Below are positions 49,553-59,604 of a stretch of DNA of 64,000 nt, piece after piece. The notes below the pieces were generated by a model. That model did no database searches, was not told the origin of the DNA, and saw nothing but the letters and a program-made list of their open reading frames with translations. Position numbers and translations under genes: made by a program. Numbering within the stretch: the stretch's first letter is position 1; every line of letters begins with the position of its first letter. The DNA is from Chloroflexota bacterium (GTDB lineage Bacteria; Chloroflexota; UBA11872): NCBI GenBank assembly GCA_965262745.1, contig OZ253558.1, positions 1,623,735 to 1,687,734 of the forward strand. The letters run 5' to 3'.

Positions 49553-50593
49553 GTGTCTAGCACCCCGACCAATACCCAAGTAGTCCTGGCGCGCCGGCCG
49601 CCGGGCGTGCCCACCGTTGACGACTTCGAGATCGTCGAGTCGCCGATCCCGCGGCCGGTCGCCGGCGAGGTGTTCGTGCGCACGATCTATGTCTCCGTCG
49701 ATCCCTACATGCGCGGGCGCCTCTGGGAGCAGCCGTTGCGCGGGGACCCCATTGCACTCGGCCAGGTGATGATCGGCGAGGGCGTGGGCGAGGTGGTCTT
49801 TTCGAGCGACCCGCGCCTGCGCGAGGGCGAGATCGTGCGCGGCGAGTTCGGCTGGCAGAAATACGCCGTCACCAACCTGGACGCCCTGGAGATCATCGAC
49901 CGTCAGGCCGCGCCGCTATCCACCGCGCTCGGCGTCCTCGGCATGCCCGGTCTGACGGCCTACTACGGCATGCTCGAGGTGGCGCGGCCGCGCGCGGGCG
50001 ATACCGCGGTGGTAACGGCCGCCGCCGGGGCCGTGGGCAGCGCCGCCGGCCAGATCGCCAAGCTCCAGGGATGCCGCGTGGTGGGCATCTGCGGCAGCGA
50101 CGCCAAATGCATGTATCTCGTCAACGAGTTGGGCTTTGACGCAGCGATCAACTATCGCTCCCAGCCGCTGGACGCCGCGCTCGAAAGCGCCTGCCCCGAC
50201 GGCATCGACGTGGTCTTTGAAAACGTGGGCGGCGAGGTTCTCGAGGCCTTGCTGCGGCGCATCAACCTCCATGCCCGCATCGCCCTCTGCGGCGCGATCT
50301 CGCAATACCACTCCACCGAGCTTGCCCCGGTCCCGCCGCATTCGCGGACCCTCCACAGCCGCCGCGCGCGCATGGAGGGATTCCTGGTCAACGACTTCGT
50401 CGACCGCGACGCCGAGGCCATGGCCGCGCTCACCGAATGGGTCGCGGCCGGCCAGCTCACCTACCGCGAGAACATCGTGGCCGGCATCGAGAACGCGCCC
50501 GCCGCCTTCGTCGGGCTCTTCACCGGGACCAACATCGGCAAGCAGCTCGTGCGCGTGAGTCCCGAAGACGTGTCCGTCGTCGAGCCGCAGTAA
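49553..50593 (+). CDS. NADP-dependent oxidoreductase, MDR family (YncB/LTB4-12-HD-like)
   Basis: N-terminal ..FVRTIYVSVDPYMRGR.. and AAGAVGSAAGQIAK nucleotide-binding motif. Confidence 0.85.
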   Translation: MSSTPTNTQVVLARRPPGVPTVDDFEIVESPIPRPVAGEVFVRTIYVSVDPYMRGRLWEQPLRGDPIALGQVMIGEGVGEVVFSSDPRLREGEIVRGEFGWQKYAVTNLDALEIIDRQAAPLSTALGVLGMPGLTAYYGMLEVARPRAGDTAVVTAAAGAVGSAAGQIAKLQGCRVVGICGSDAKCMYLVNELGFDAAINYRSQPLDAALESACPDGIDVVFENVGGEVLEALLRRINLHARIALCGAISQYHSTELAPVPPHSRTLHSRRARMEGFLVNDFVDRDAEAMAALTEWVAAGQLTYRENIVAGIENAPAAFVGLFTGTNIGKQLVRVSPEDVSVVEPQ

Positions 50594-50629
50594 CTAAACC
50601 ATTCGGTAGTGGGTCACTTTGGCTTCGTC

Positions 50630-50723
50630 ATTCCCGCGAAGCATGTCCCCGAGAAGGCGGGGAGCGGGAATCCAGCCCCGCGCCCGGAAACGACCGGTGT
50701 AGGGGCAACCCTCGTGGTTGCCC
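50630..50723. terminator. Two GC-rich hairpins between convergent genes
   Basis: ATTCCCGC..(TCCCCG/CGGGGA)..GCGGGAAT at 50630-50671 and GGGCAACC-ctcgt-GGTTGCCC at 50703-50723. Confidence 0.25.
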
Positions 50724-50808
50724 GTTCGCGACCCTGTGCCCGCGCCGACGGGTTGCAATGCCGCAGCCTCCCAAGCAAAACGACCCACTGCCAACCATTC
50801 GAGCGGCG

Positions 50809-51453
50809 TTAGCCCGGGTCCACGCGCGCCGCCAACTCGTTCCAGGCGGCCTCGACCCGCGCCACGGCGCTGAGCGTGGCATAGGTGTCGGGCCACATCG
50901 AGTCCACGATTGCCTTCGCGCCGGCATCGTCCCCCGCCGCCGCCAACTCCTCGATCTCGACGGTGCGCGCGGCGTGCCGCGCGGCGCTTTCGCTCGCCAG
51001 CCGGGCCAGCTCCCGCGACGCCCGGAAATGCACGCGGGCAAGGTCCGCGGTGGATATCCCGGCGGACGGATCGTGCTCGGCGCGCTCCTCACTCGTGGCA
51101 TGCCCGTACTTGGGCGGCAGGCGGGACCCGTCCGGCGCGTACATCGTGTGCGTCGGCTCGACGTGCGGCGTCACCGAGAGATACATGATGACCGGCTCGT
51201 CGCCCACGACCCGCACCTGGTGCAACTGGTCCCGATCAGCGAAGCACAGCTCACCCGGCCCCAGCACCGCGGTTTCGCCGTCGATCTCGAACTCGGCGCG
51301 GCCCTGCAGGATCAGGAAAACCTCCCCGCCAAGGTCGTGGCTATGGCGCGTGGCCACGGCGCCCACCTCGAACCGCAGGAAGCGCGCCCGGATCTCGGGC
51401 GTAATGACGACGTTCTTGATATCGCGGCGATAGTCGAAGACCTGCAGCGGCAT
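50809..51453 (-). CDS. Cupin-domain protein
   Basis: RmlC-like cupin motif G(E)VFLILQGRAEFEIDGE.. and a second cupin-like half. Confidence 0.65.
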   Translation of the reverse strand: MPLQVFDYRRDIKNVVITPEIRARFLRFEVGAVATRHSHDLGGEVFLILQGRAEFEIDGETAVLGPGELCFADRDQLHQVRVVGDEPVIMYLSVTPHVEPTHTMYAPDGSRLPPKYGHATSEERAEHDPSAGISTADLARVHFRASRELARLASESAARHAARTVEIEELAAAGDDAGAKAIVDSMWPDTYATLSAVARVEAAWNELAARVDPG

Positions 51454-51455
51454 GT

Positions 51456-51487
51456 CTAAGCGGCTCCTTCCAGGTGTGCGAGCACGA
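51456..51487. repeat. Direct repeat copy A (duplicated 3' end of the MocA-type gene), islet boundary
   Basis: CTAAGCGGCTCCTTCCAGGTGTGCGAGCACGA matches 53295-53326 at 29 of 32 positions; the reverse strand still encodes VLAHLEGAA*. Confidence 0.7.
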
Positions 51488-51490
51488 CTG

Positions 51491-52432
51491 TCAGATAGCC
51501 GGACTTGAGCAGAGCAGCGTGGCGGACTCTCCCGTGTGGCCTATGCAAGTACCTTCCAATGGACGGCCGCTCGGCAGAGTGCCGCCAATACTTAGGCCAA
51601 GCAGGGACTTGGCAGTGTCAGCTCCAGCTAGATGAACGGGAACGGTGCAAAACGCCCCGAAATTCGAATAGTTCCATGACGCGTTACCCACGATCGTTAA
51701 GGGATTCCCTTCGCCCAACTTCCCCAGTTCCTGTAGGGGTTGGCTGATTCGGCTGTCGCCGTTAAGTGGGAGAACCACAAGGTGGTCGGCGATCTTCAGC
51801 ATCCAGCACGGCAGGGGGTCACTCACCAGCATGATGTCATTGAGGGGCACCTCTTCCGGGTCATTGATGACGTACTCGCTGAGAGTGGTGAACTTGAGTG
51901 GATCCAGGATTCGTTGTCGGATCGGCGATAGGGCACCGCCGTGGACGTATGAGTATCCGCCGCGCTGGCCCAGCAGGGAGAACATGGCGAGGTACGCCGA
52001 CTTCAGCGATGACGCGGCAACAGCTTTGGCGTCCGGGATCCTAATCGACATCGTAAACGTCCGCGATCCGGAGTTCTCCAAGGCTCGCCAGTCCTGCCTC
52101 GTGTATCCCGCGAAGGGTGGAGTAAGGGCCTTGCCATCGCGGGACAGCATGAATGTGTCGCGTTTCCCGAGGATGTCGACTGTGACGCCAAACCGGTCCT
52201 TTGCACGGCTTGCGGCCGCCTGATCGATGCCGCGCCCGGCCTCTGAGTTGCAGTTCTTGCAGGTGAGACAGCGAGCCTTGCCGCCAAGCGCTTTAGTGGG
52301 AACGTGCTCCAGCGTGACCGTCCTGCCGGAGGACGCCTGGTGCCGGGTGAAATCGGTCAGGCAGATCGGACAGGCGGTGTTTCCACGGTCATACAGGCGG
52401 AGCCGCTGGCTTCTGCCGGCTTTTCGAGACAT
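51491..52432 (-). CDS. HNH-endonuclease-domain protein with a roughly 250-aa uncharacterised C-terminal domain (islet gene 2)
   Basis: N-terminal CPIC..EHVP..GG..CLTCKNCN HNH zinc-finger motif; low-GC sequence; start taken at MSRKAG (track ORF extends to 52594). Confidence 0.5.
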   Translation of the reverse strand: MSRKAGRSQRLRLYDRGNTACPICLTDFTRHQASSGRTVTLEHVPTKALGGKARCLTCKNCNSEAGRGIDQAAASRAKDRFGVTVDILGKRDTFMLSRDGKALTPPFAGYTRQDWRALENSGSRTFTMSIRIPDAKAVAASSLKSAYLAMFSLLGQRGGYSYVHGGALSPIRQRILDPLKFTTLSEYVINDPEEVPLNDIMLVSDPLPCWMLKIADHLVVLPLNGDSRISQPLQELGKLGEGNPLTIVGNASWNYSNFGAFCTVPVHLAGADTAKSLLGLSIGGTLPSGRPLEGTCIGHTGESATLLCSSPAI

Positions 52433-52577
52433 GCCAGGACGTGCGGGGCTGTCAAGGGGTATTGGAGACCCTAGCAAGAACGTCGCCTCGAAACCCTTGG
52501 TGTGCCAAGTCAGGTCCAGCTCGATCGCGCAGGCGGGCCGCAGTCGTCGGTGGGTGGCCCGGTTGTCCAGAACTCCC

Positions 52578-53288
52578 CTAAGGCAAGTCGGCAAGAAGAC
52601 CTGTTACGTCGCCGCGGAGTTCTGTGAGGCGATCGTGCGATTGCGTCCGAGCGTGCTGCCAAGTTTCGAACGTCTCAAGTGGCGTAGCCAGTCCGTGATC
52701 GGCAACGGCCCTAATGACTTCGCGCATTTGGCGCGCAGTCTCTTCTAATGTCTCGTCAGCGAGTTCGGCTACGACCTGGAATATGGGCATGCAGATCTCG
52801 AGCAGTTGCCGTAGTTGAAGATCGGGGTGCATTTCCGCCAAGAGCTTCCGCCCACCCTCAGCGGTCAATCGACCCTCGGCAATCTCGCGAGACGCACTTC
52901 CTACGGTCGCGATAAAGGCATCCAGCTTGCGCAAGTGCGTGAGGTACGTGTCGATGAGGAGCGCTCGGTGACGAAGTACGTCCCCGATCACTAGACGGTC
53001 GCGCTGAAGTCGACGCTCCTGCTCGTAACGATCCGCGGCAAGAGTTCGCTCGTGATCCATCTGGTCTCGATGCCGTGCGCGCTCATGCTGTAACTGACTT
53101 CGATGGCGAGCTTCATCGCGCCGATGCTGTCGAGCAGCGATGAGTGACTGAATCAGAAATGTCCCGGCAGCTCCGAGTGCGAGCGACAGAAGAATCTTGA
53201 CGAGATCAAACCACATAGCCGGATCACCTGCCTCAATCGCTTTTCTGGCCACACCTGCGACTTCTTGGTCCATGCCGACATCTTTCAT
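52578..53288 (-). CDS. Membrane-anchored, highly charged coiled-coil protein (islet gene 1)
   Basis: One TM helix (LVKILLSLALGAAGTFLIQSLIA) followed by an Arg/Glu/His/Asp-rich helical region; low GC; no known family recognised. Confidence 0.45.
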   Translation of the reverse strand: MKDVGMDQEVAGVARKAIEAGDPAMWFDLVKILLSLALGAAGTFLIQSLIAARQHRRDEARHRSQLQHERARHRDQMDHERTLAADRYEQERRLQRDRLVIGDVLRHRALLIDTYLTHLRKLDAFIATVGSASREIAEGRLTAEGGRKLLAEMHPDLQLRQLLEICMPIFQVVAELADETLEETARQMREVIRAVADHGLATPLETFETWQHARTQSHDRLTELRGDVTGLLADLP

Positions 53289-53294
53289 GCATGG

Positions 53295-53326
53295 CTAGGC
53301 GGCTCCTTCCAGGTGCGCCAGCACGA
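53295..53326. repeat. Direct repeat copy B (native 3' end of the MocA-type gene), islet boundary
   Basis: CTAGGCGGCTCCTTCCAGGTGCGCCAGCACGA; see copy A. Confidence 0.7.
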
Positions 53327-54389
53327 TATCCCGCACCAGCGCCACATGCTCGATGGCCTCACGGCCCGGCGTGAGCGGCTGCTCGCCCCGTGCGATGCAC
53401 GCCGCGAAGTGCTCCAGCTCCAGCTTGAACGGGTTAGCTTGCCATGACCGCGTTGTGCTGGCGGCATGGCCCTCGGCGTCGATCTGCTGCACGGTGACGT
53501 CCGTCGGCAGACCGCGGCTCCACCCGGTCGGGAACGAGGCGATCACGCGATCGCGCGAGCCGTAGACCTCAAGCGTCTCCTCGAAATTCAGCAGCTCCGG
53601 CAGGTCCACCCAGGTGCACACGGCCCGCGCGTCGCCGGCATACTCCAGCACCGTCGTCAGCGCGACGCCGCCGGCCCAGATGTCGGCGCTCACCACCCGA
53701 CGCGGGCTGCCAAACATGCCGTGCAGATTGCCGATGTCGTGAATCATGCTGCCGTTGATGACCTCGAAGGCGCGGCGCGCGTCGGGATCAACCTCGCTGC
53801 GGCCCAGCGCCTCGGCCACGAGCCGGTCCGACTCGGTGCGCCCAGCCTCAATCACCGCGGCCGGCAAGTCTGACGGCACGTAGTAGTCAAATGTCTCCAA
53901 ATGCAGCGCATTGTCGGGATGCAGGTGGTTGACCTGGATCAAGCGCACGTCGTCGATCCGAGCCACCCGCCGCTGCGCGAACTGGTAGGCCGGGTCATGG
54001 CGCTTCATGTAGGCCGCCTGATACACGACCCCGGCACGGTCCGCGGCATCGGCCATCGCCCGCGCCTCGTCGACCGTGTAGCAGACCGGCTTCTCGACCA
54101 GGATGTGCTTGCCGGCCCGGGCGGCCGCGATGGCGGGCGGCGCATGCGTGCCCGAGTTGCAGACGATGACGGCGTCGATATCCGCCCGCTGGACCAGCTC
54201 GTGATAGTCAACGTGCCGCCGCTCCGGCGGGACGCCGTAGGCGGCCCCAACGTGCGCCAGCAACTCGCGCGACAGGTCGCACAGGCCGGCCACCTCAAAG
54301 TCGCTCGACAGCTCGACAAGGTGCGGCAGATGCTGGATTTGAGCGATCCCGCCGCACCCCACGACACCCACCCGCAGCCTGCTCATCAT
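53295..54389 (-). CDS. Gfo/Idh/MocA family oxidoreductase
   Basis: RVGVVGCGGIAQ Rossmann motif, EKP motif; start at MMSRL. Confidence 0.85.
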   Translation of the reverse strand: MMSRLRVGVVGCGGIAQIQHLPHLVELSSDFEVAGLCDLSRELLAHVGAAYGVPPERRHVDYHELVQRADIDAVIVCNSGTHAPPAIAAARAGKHILVEKPVCYTVDEARAMADAADRAGVVYQAAYMKRHDPAYQFAQRRVARIDDVRLIQVNHLHPDNALHLETFDYYVPSDLPAAVIEAGRTESDRLVAEALGRSEVDPDARRAFEVINGSMIHDIGNLHGMFGSPRRVVSADIWAGGVALTTVLEYAGDARAVCTWVDLPELLNFEETLEVYGSRDRVIASFPTGWSRGLPTDVTVQQIDAEGHAASTTRSWQANPFKLELEHFAACIARGEQPLTPGREAIEHVALVRDIVLAHLEGAA

Positions 54390-54708
54390 CGACACCACCT
54401 GCAACGCACAATCGGCACGCCGAGCCTACCGCCTGATCCAAGCGGCAAGGGCCAGCAAGGCCACGAGGCCGATCGGTTCAGCGATCCAGCGGCACGCCCG
54501 GAGGGATTCGAACCGCCGATCCCTGGTTCCGAAGGCCCGATCCGGCCATCTGGTGAGGCTCGATTGGAACCGATGTGGACCGCTCCAAACCGGTTAGCGG
54601 GGACCGCTCGTCCGATCACGTTGGACCTGGCCCGATCAGCATCGATCCAAAACTAGAGCAGGACTAGGGCAACACCTGGGGTGTCCCCGCCGGTTCACTC
54701 CCCGGAGA

Positions 54709-55578
54709 TCAGCGCTCCTCGAGGGCCTCAGCACCGGTCTGCAGTCGCCACCGCAGCGCCGGGTTGGCACGCACGCGATCATGAATGCCATCAAGCGGCA
54801 GCGTCTCCGGGCGAATCTCACCGTCGGCCAGGGCCTTGAGAAACGCGAGGTGTCCGGGTTCAAGCTCAAGGACCTGGCCTAGGAGACGCACGGCGTCCGC
54901 CTACGCACCGCCCAGCGTCACCGGGCACGGACGACGAGCACGGTTCTGACGATATCGAGATCCGGCGCTGCGCTACCGGCAACCGGCGCCGCGTCGAACA
55001 GGTCGCGAGCCAGTCGGCGCCGAGCCGGCGCCACCAATTTGCTGGCCACAAGTTCCGGGAATTACAGCATCTGCATCGTAGGCGTCGACCGGTCGTCGCC
55101 AAACGGTGCCGCAACCATCGACCGCAGGGCACGAGCACCGGCACGCGGTCAAGGAAATTCAGATCTACTTTGAGCGTAGCCGACCGGCCGCGGCGGTCCG
55201 TATAGCCCAAGCGGAGGGGGCCATGGCATGGCTCCGCCGTTCCTCGGCCTCCGCGTACCCCAACGACTCGGCAAGTGCCGTCAATTCGCGAAGCAGCTCA
55301 GGGCGCCGCCGGCGCGCGTCCGCCGAGTCCGTGCTGCCGACGTCGTCCAAGTCCACGTCCACGGATAGCCGAGGCAAGTTCAGAAAGCCCAGGTTTAGTG
55401 CCGTCCCACCGCGAAGGCAGACCTCGTCGCCAGCGGAGGTCGCCGCAACTCGCTCGCTTCGCCCGTCGGCGAGCCGAGGCTGGACTTCCGCGAAAGCGGG
55501 AATGACGGGCTCAAAGTGACCAAACACCCGCTCCCCGCAGTGTTTGACACCCGACAATTCGGAACCTAAGCTCAGCAT
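54709..55578 (-). pseudogene. AbiEii/AbiGii-type nucleotidyltransferase toxin gene, frameshifted remnant
   Basis: 55165-55578 encodes an N-terminal fragment with the LRGGTALNLGFLNLPRLSVDVDLD motif; the continuation is spread over two other frames (54866-55210, 54709-54891); no AbiEi partner is present. Confidence 0.4.
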
Positions 55579-55614
55579 ATCATCTGATGACCTAATGATC
55601 GCATGATGGCATAG

Positions 55615-56439
55615 ATGGCGCGGCCGATTCGATCACGCCTGCATGACGAAGTGGTCGTTGCATATACCGGACGCATCGTGCGGGAAGAGATAGTCCCCGG
55701 CGATTTCTTGCCCCCGGAGCCCGTCATGGGGGCCGAGTTCGGGATCAGCCGTGCCGTCGTCCGGGAAGCCCTTCGGATCCTCGCCGCTCGCGGCCTTGTC
55801 GGGGTTCACCAGGGGGTCGGCACGATCGTGCGCGATCCGCACGACTGGAACGTTCTCGACCCTGGGGTCACCGATGCGTTTCACGAGAGCCCGCAGTTTC
55901 CCGCGCTAGTCGATGAGATGCTCGAAGCGCGACGTGCGGTTGAGGTCCAGGCAGCGGCGCTGGCGGCGCGGCATGCGGTGCCGGAGCAGAAGCGAAGGAT
56001 CGACGAAGCGCTGGCGGCCATCCCCACGGCGATCGGTGACGATCCGAAGCTCTTCAACCAGCGGGATATCGACCTCCACGCGGTAATCCTCGAGGCTACG
56101 GAGAACCGCTTCCTCTACCGAGCGCTGTCACCGCTGTTTCCGCTGCTGCGGACCGTGATCCGGCTGTCCACACGAGGAAGCGAATCGGACCCAATTGTCT
56201 ACGCCGCCAAAGCTCACGGCGAGATCGTCGACGCCATCATGCGTGGGGACGCCGACGCGGCCGCGGATGCGATGTCGCGGCACCTTTCACGAACCGAAGC
56301 CGACATTCGCCGCGCCATGGACCGACTCCGTCGAGTGTCTGAAGCGGGAGTGCCGGATCGCGATGGCCGGCGGCTTGACTCGATCGAATCAACGAAGCAG
56401 TCGCTGGTGCTGGAAGGAGGTCGCCATAGCGAATCCTGA
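55615..56439 (+). CDS. GntR-family (FadR/FCD subfamily) transcriptional regulator
   Basis: N-terminal winged HTH (FGISRAVVREALRILAARGLV) and a C-terminal FCD-type helical domain. Confidence 0.85.
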   Translation: MARPIRSRLHDEVVVAYTGRIVREEIVPGDFLPPEPVMGAEFGISRAVVREALRILAARGLVGVHQGVGTIVRDPHDWNVLDPGVTDAFHESPQFPALVDEMLEARRAVEVQAAALAARHAVPEQKRRIDEALAAIPTAIGDDPKLFNQRDIDLHAVILEATENRFLYRALSPLFPLLRTVIRLSTRGSESDPIVYAAKAHGEIVDAIMRGDADAAADAMSRHLSRTEADIRRAMDRLRRVSEAGVPDRDGRRLDSIESTKQSLVLEGGRHSES

Positions 56440-56664
56440 CAGGTAAATGGCGGATGTTCGGGTTTGAACCGATGACCAACGCGCACGGTCGGATGACGCT
56501 CGCCAAGATTGAGGATATGTGGCGAGAGCTCGGGGGCTCTGCGAGCCGCACACCGGCGGGCAGAACGAGCATAGCCACGAGAGCGAAGATTCATTGTGCG
56601 GCGAGGGTTTCCGACGCCTGAGGTGAATCGGGCACGTCCGACGGTGATGATTGGGAGGTTGGAG

Positions 56665-58422
56665 ATGAACGCGAAGTTTATGTCACGACGACAGGCTCTT
56701 CGAGCCGTGTTGCTCGCAACGGCTGGAGTGGGAGCGACCGCCGCCTTGGCTGCCTGTGGGGAAGAAAAAGTCGTCGAGAAGATTGTGACGAAAACAGTCG
56801 AAGTCGAGAAGGTCGTCGTCAAGGAAGTTCCTGTTGAAGTCCTCGTTCCCGGAGGCGCTGAGCAGCAGGTACTACGGTTCGGCGCTTCAGCCGAGATGGG
56901 CTCCCTCGACAATCAAGCCGACCCGAACTCCGAGCCCAGCCGGGCGGTGATCGCCAACATCCTCGAGAACTTGACGCGCTACGGGTACAAGGCCACGAGC
57001 AAGGGGACGCGCACGAAGGACCACAATTCGGTGGTTCCGTGGCTGGCTGAAGGCTACGAGGTTGCGGACGATGCGAACTCTGTCACGTATCGGATTCGCC
57101 AGGGAATAACCTTTGGCGACGGCACGCCGTTGACGGCTAACGACGTCGCCTACAGCATCGAGCGATCGCTCACCATTCCCGGTATTCCGGCGTTCATTCT
57201 GGGAGTGATCGGCAATTTCACGGTGGAGACCAAGCCCGAGGTCATCGATGACTTCACCGTGAAGTTGCACGTCACGCCGCAGGCCAATTCGTTCACCATT
57301 CTGTCCGCGACCGAAATGGGGCCCTATGCGCCGATCATGAACAGCAAGGCGCTGCAGGCGCACGCGACCGGCGATGATCCCTGGGCGCAGGAGTGGGCGG
57401 CGACCGTGGAGGGCGCGGCGTCGATCGGCACCGGCCCCTGGATTGTCGAGGAGTTCGAGTCGACGCGATTTCTCCTGCGCGGCCGGCAGGACTACTGGGG
57501 CGGCTCCGACTACTCAGCCCGGCCGGGCGTCGGGGCGATCGAGGGAACCGTCATCACCGATGCCACCCAGCGGGCGCTGCTGCTGCGCGAGGGGGCTATC
57601 GACATGACGGAGCAGCTGCTGCTGAAGGACCTGAAGGAGTTTGACGACGACCCTGCCTTCACCGTGCACCATGCCCCGGGCAGCGAGCATCATTACCTGG
57701 CGCTCAACATGAGCGAGCCGCCGTTCGACGACGTGCGCGTGCGCCAGGCGCTCAACCACGCCCTGCCGCGTCAGCAGCTCGTCGACCAATTGACCTTCGG
57801 TTTCGCCCGCGCCGCCGAGGGACCGGTGCCGTCCATCTGCGCCGGCTACCAGCCGTACTATCAGCAGTACGACTACAACCTGGACAAGGCCGGTCAGCTG
57901 CTCAGCGACGCCGGCCACGCGGACGGCCTCAGCTTCACCGTCAGCCAGGACGAGAGTTCGGCCATCCAGGGGCAGGCCCTGCAAGTGCTTGCGGGCGAGC
58001 TGAGCAAGATCAACGTCAACATGGAGATTCAGAAGCTCTCGTCGGCAGCGGTGTTGGAGGGCTGTGACCTGCGAGAGGATGGGTCCCAGCAGGCCCAGTG
58101 CGTCGCGGCGACCATGAACTGGCCGCCCCTGATTTTCGACGCGGCGTACTTCATGATCTTCGGCTACAAGTCCGACTCGCGATCCAACTGGAGCAAGTGG
58201 GGCACGTCCGAGACGGACGACCTGATCACGGCTGCCGTGGCCGAGCTGGATGCGTCGAGCAAGCTCGACCAGGTCGCCGAGATCCAACAGCGAATTGCCG
58301 ACCAAGCGCCGCGCGTGCCATTTCTGGACGTCGACTCACACGTGGTGAGCATGAGCGCCGTCGAGGACGTTCGCATCATGGATGTCTGGCCGCGGTTCGA
58401 GGATATCCGTGTGAGGAGCTGA
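56665..58422 (+). CDS. ABC transporter substrate-binding lipoprotein, family 5 (DppA/OppA-like)
   Basis: Tat/lipobox N-terminus (RRQALRAVLLATAGVGATAALAACGE), SBP_bac_5 family sequence; SD GGGAGG precedes the ATG at 56665. Confidence 0.85.
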   Translation: MNAKFMSRRQALRAVLLATAGVGATAALAACGEEKVVEKIVTKTVEVEKVVVKEVPVEVLVPGGAEQQVLRFGASAEMGSLDNQADPNSEPSRAVIANILENLTRYGYKATSKGTRTKDHNSVVPWLAEGYEVADDANSVTYRIRQGITFGDGTPLTANDVAYSIERSLTIPGIPAFILGVIGNFTVETKPEVIDDFTVKLHVTPQANSFTILSATEMGPYAPIMNSKALQAHATGDDPWAQEWAATVEGAASIGTGPWIVEEFESTRFLLRGRQDYWGGSDYSARPGVGAIEGTVITDATQRALLLREGAIDMTEQLLLKDLKEFDDDPAFTVHHAPGSEHHYLALNMSEPPFDDVRVRQALNHALPRQQLVDQLTFGFARAAEGPVPSICAGYQPYYQQYDYNLDKAGQLLSDAGHADGLSFTVSQDESSAIQGQALQVLAGELSKINVNMEIQKLSSAAVLEGCDLREDGSQQAQCVAATMNWPPLIFDAAYFMIFGYKSDSRSNWSKWGTSETDDLITAAVAELDASSKLDQVAEIQQRIADQAPRVPFLDVDSHVVSMSAVEDVRIMDVWPRFEDIRVRS

Positions 58423-58586
58423 GGCCCGATACGTGTGAGCCACCTGAGCAAGGGGCTTGCCCATGCGGGGACAGGCCCTTGCTCGGGTCCAGCGGTGTCC
58501 GCAGCGCCACGTAGCCGCACGGATCGAACCGATCGGCTGAGCGCGGTCGCGGGCGGACGGGCGCAGGACCAGGAGAAGAGTGCGCG

Positions 58587-59603
58587 ATGACGCGGCGGCG
58601 ATACCTGTTGCGACGGCTGGCGTTGCTGGTGTTGGTCGTCTTCGGCATCTCGATCGTTGCATTCCTCTTGGTGCACGTGATTCCCGGCGACCCTGCCCGT
58701 TCGCGGTTGGGGGTCTTCGCCACCGAGGAGCTCGTGCAGCTGAAACGGGCCGAGATGGGCCTCGACAAATCGTTGCCGGAGCAATACGCCACCTACACGG
58801 GCAACTTGTTTCGCGGCGATCTCGGTGATTCGTGGCGCACCCACAATCCCGTAGCCGAGGACTTCCTGGATCGGTTTCCGGCCACCATCGAGCTCGCCCT
58901 GGCCGCGTTGCTCATCGCCGTCGTGCTCGGCGTGTCCCTCGGCGTCGCGGCCGCGCTGCGGCGCAACGGCCCGTTTGATCACCTGGCCACGTTGCTCGGC
59001 ATCCTGGGCATCTCCGCGCCGGTGTTCTGGATCGGCCTGCTCCTGATCATCGCGTTCGTCACCCAACTGCATATCCTGCCGGCGCCGCTCGGCCGCCTGG
59101 CACCGGACGTGGACGCACCCACTCGGATCACCAGTCTCTACGTCGTCGATAGTCTGCTGACCGCCAATTGGGAGAGCCTGAGATCCAGCCTGCTCTATCT
59201 GGTGCTGCCTGCCGTCACGTTGGGCATCCTGCCGCTGGCGCCGATCACGCGCATGACGCGCGCCGCCATGATCGAGTCCCTCGATTCGGACTTTGTCCGC
59301 GCGGCGCGGGCGTTGGGTCTCTCACGCACGCAGGTCGTGCTCAAGATCGCCCTTCGCAATGCGCTGATCCCAGTCGTGTCCATGGCGGGCCTGCAACTCG
59401 GCTACCTGGTTGGGGGCGCGGTTCTGGTTGAGATTGTCTTTACCTGGAACGGCATCGGTCTGTACCTGTACCGCAGCGTCATTGGCCTCGACTTCGCGCC
59501 CATCCAGAGCTTGGTCCTCATCGTCGGGGTGTTGTTCGCGCTTATCAACCTAGCCGTCGACATGCTCTACTTCGCGATCGATCCGCGGATCCGGGTGGCC
59601 TGA
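58587..59603 (+). CDS. ABC transporter permease (DppB/OppB-like)
   Basis: BPD_transp_1 permease with the EAA-loop region. Confidence 0.85.
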   Translation: MTRRRYLLRRLALLVLVVFGISIVAFLLVHVIPGDPARSRLGVFATEELVQLKRAEMGLDKSLPEQYATYTGNLFRGDLGDSWRTHNPVAEDFLDRFPATIELALAALLIAVVLGVSLGVAAALRRNGPFDHLATLLGILGISAPVFWIGLLLIIAFVTQLHILPAPLGRLAPDVDAPTRITSLYVVDSLLTANWESLRSSLLYLVLPAVTLGILPLAPITRMTRAAMIESLDSDFVRAARALGLSRTQVVLKIALRNALIPVVSMAGLQLGYLVGGAVLVEIVFTWNGIGLYLYRSVIGLDFAPIQSLVLIVGVLFALINLAVDMLYFAIDPRIRVA

Positions 59604-59604
59604 C

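Noticed and set aside
54497-54525. GGTTCGAATCC tRNA T-loop consensus on the minus strand
   Set aside because: No complementary 5' acceptor strand, D-arm or anticodon arm could be built; treated as a remnant, not a tRNA gene
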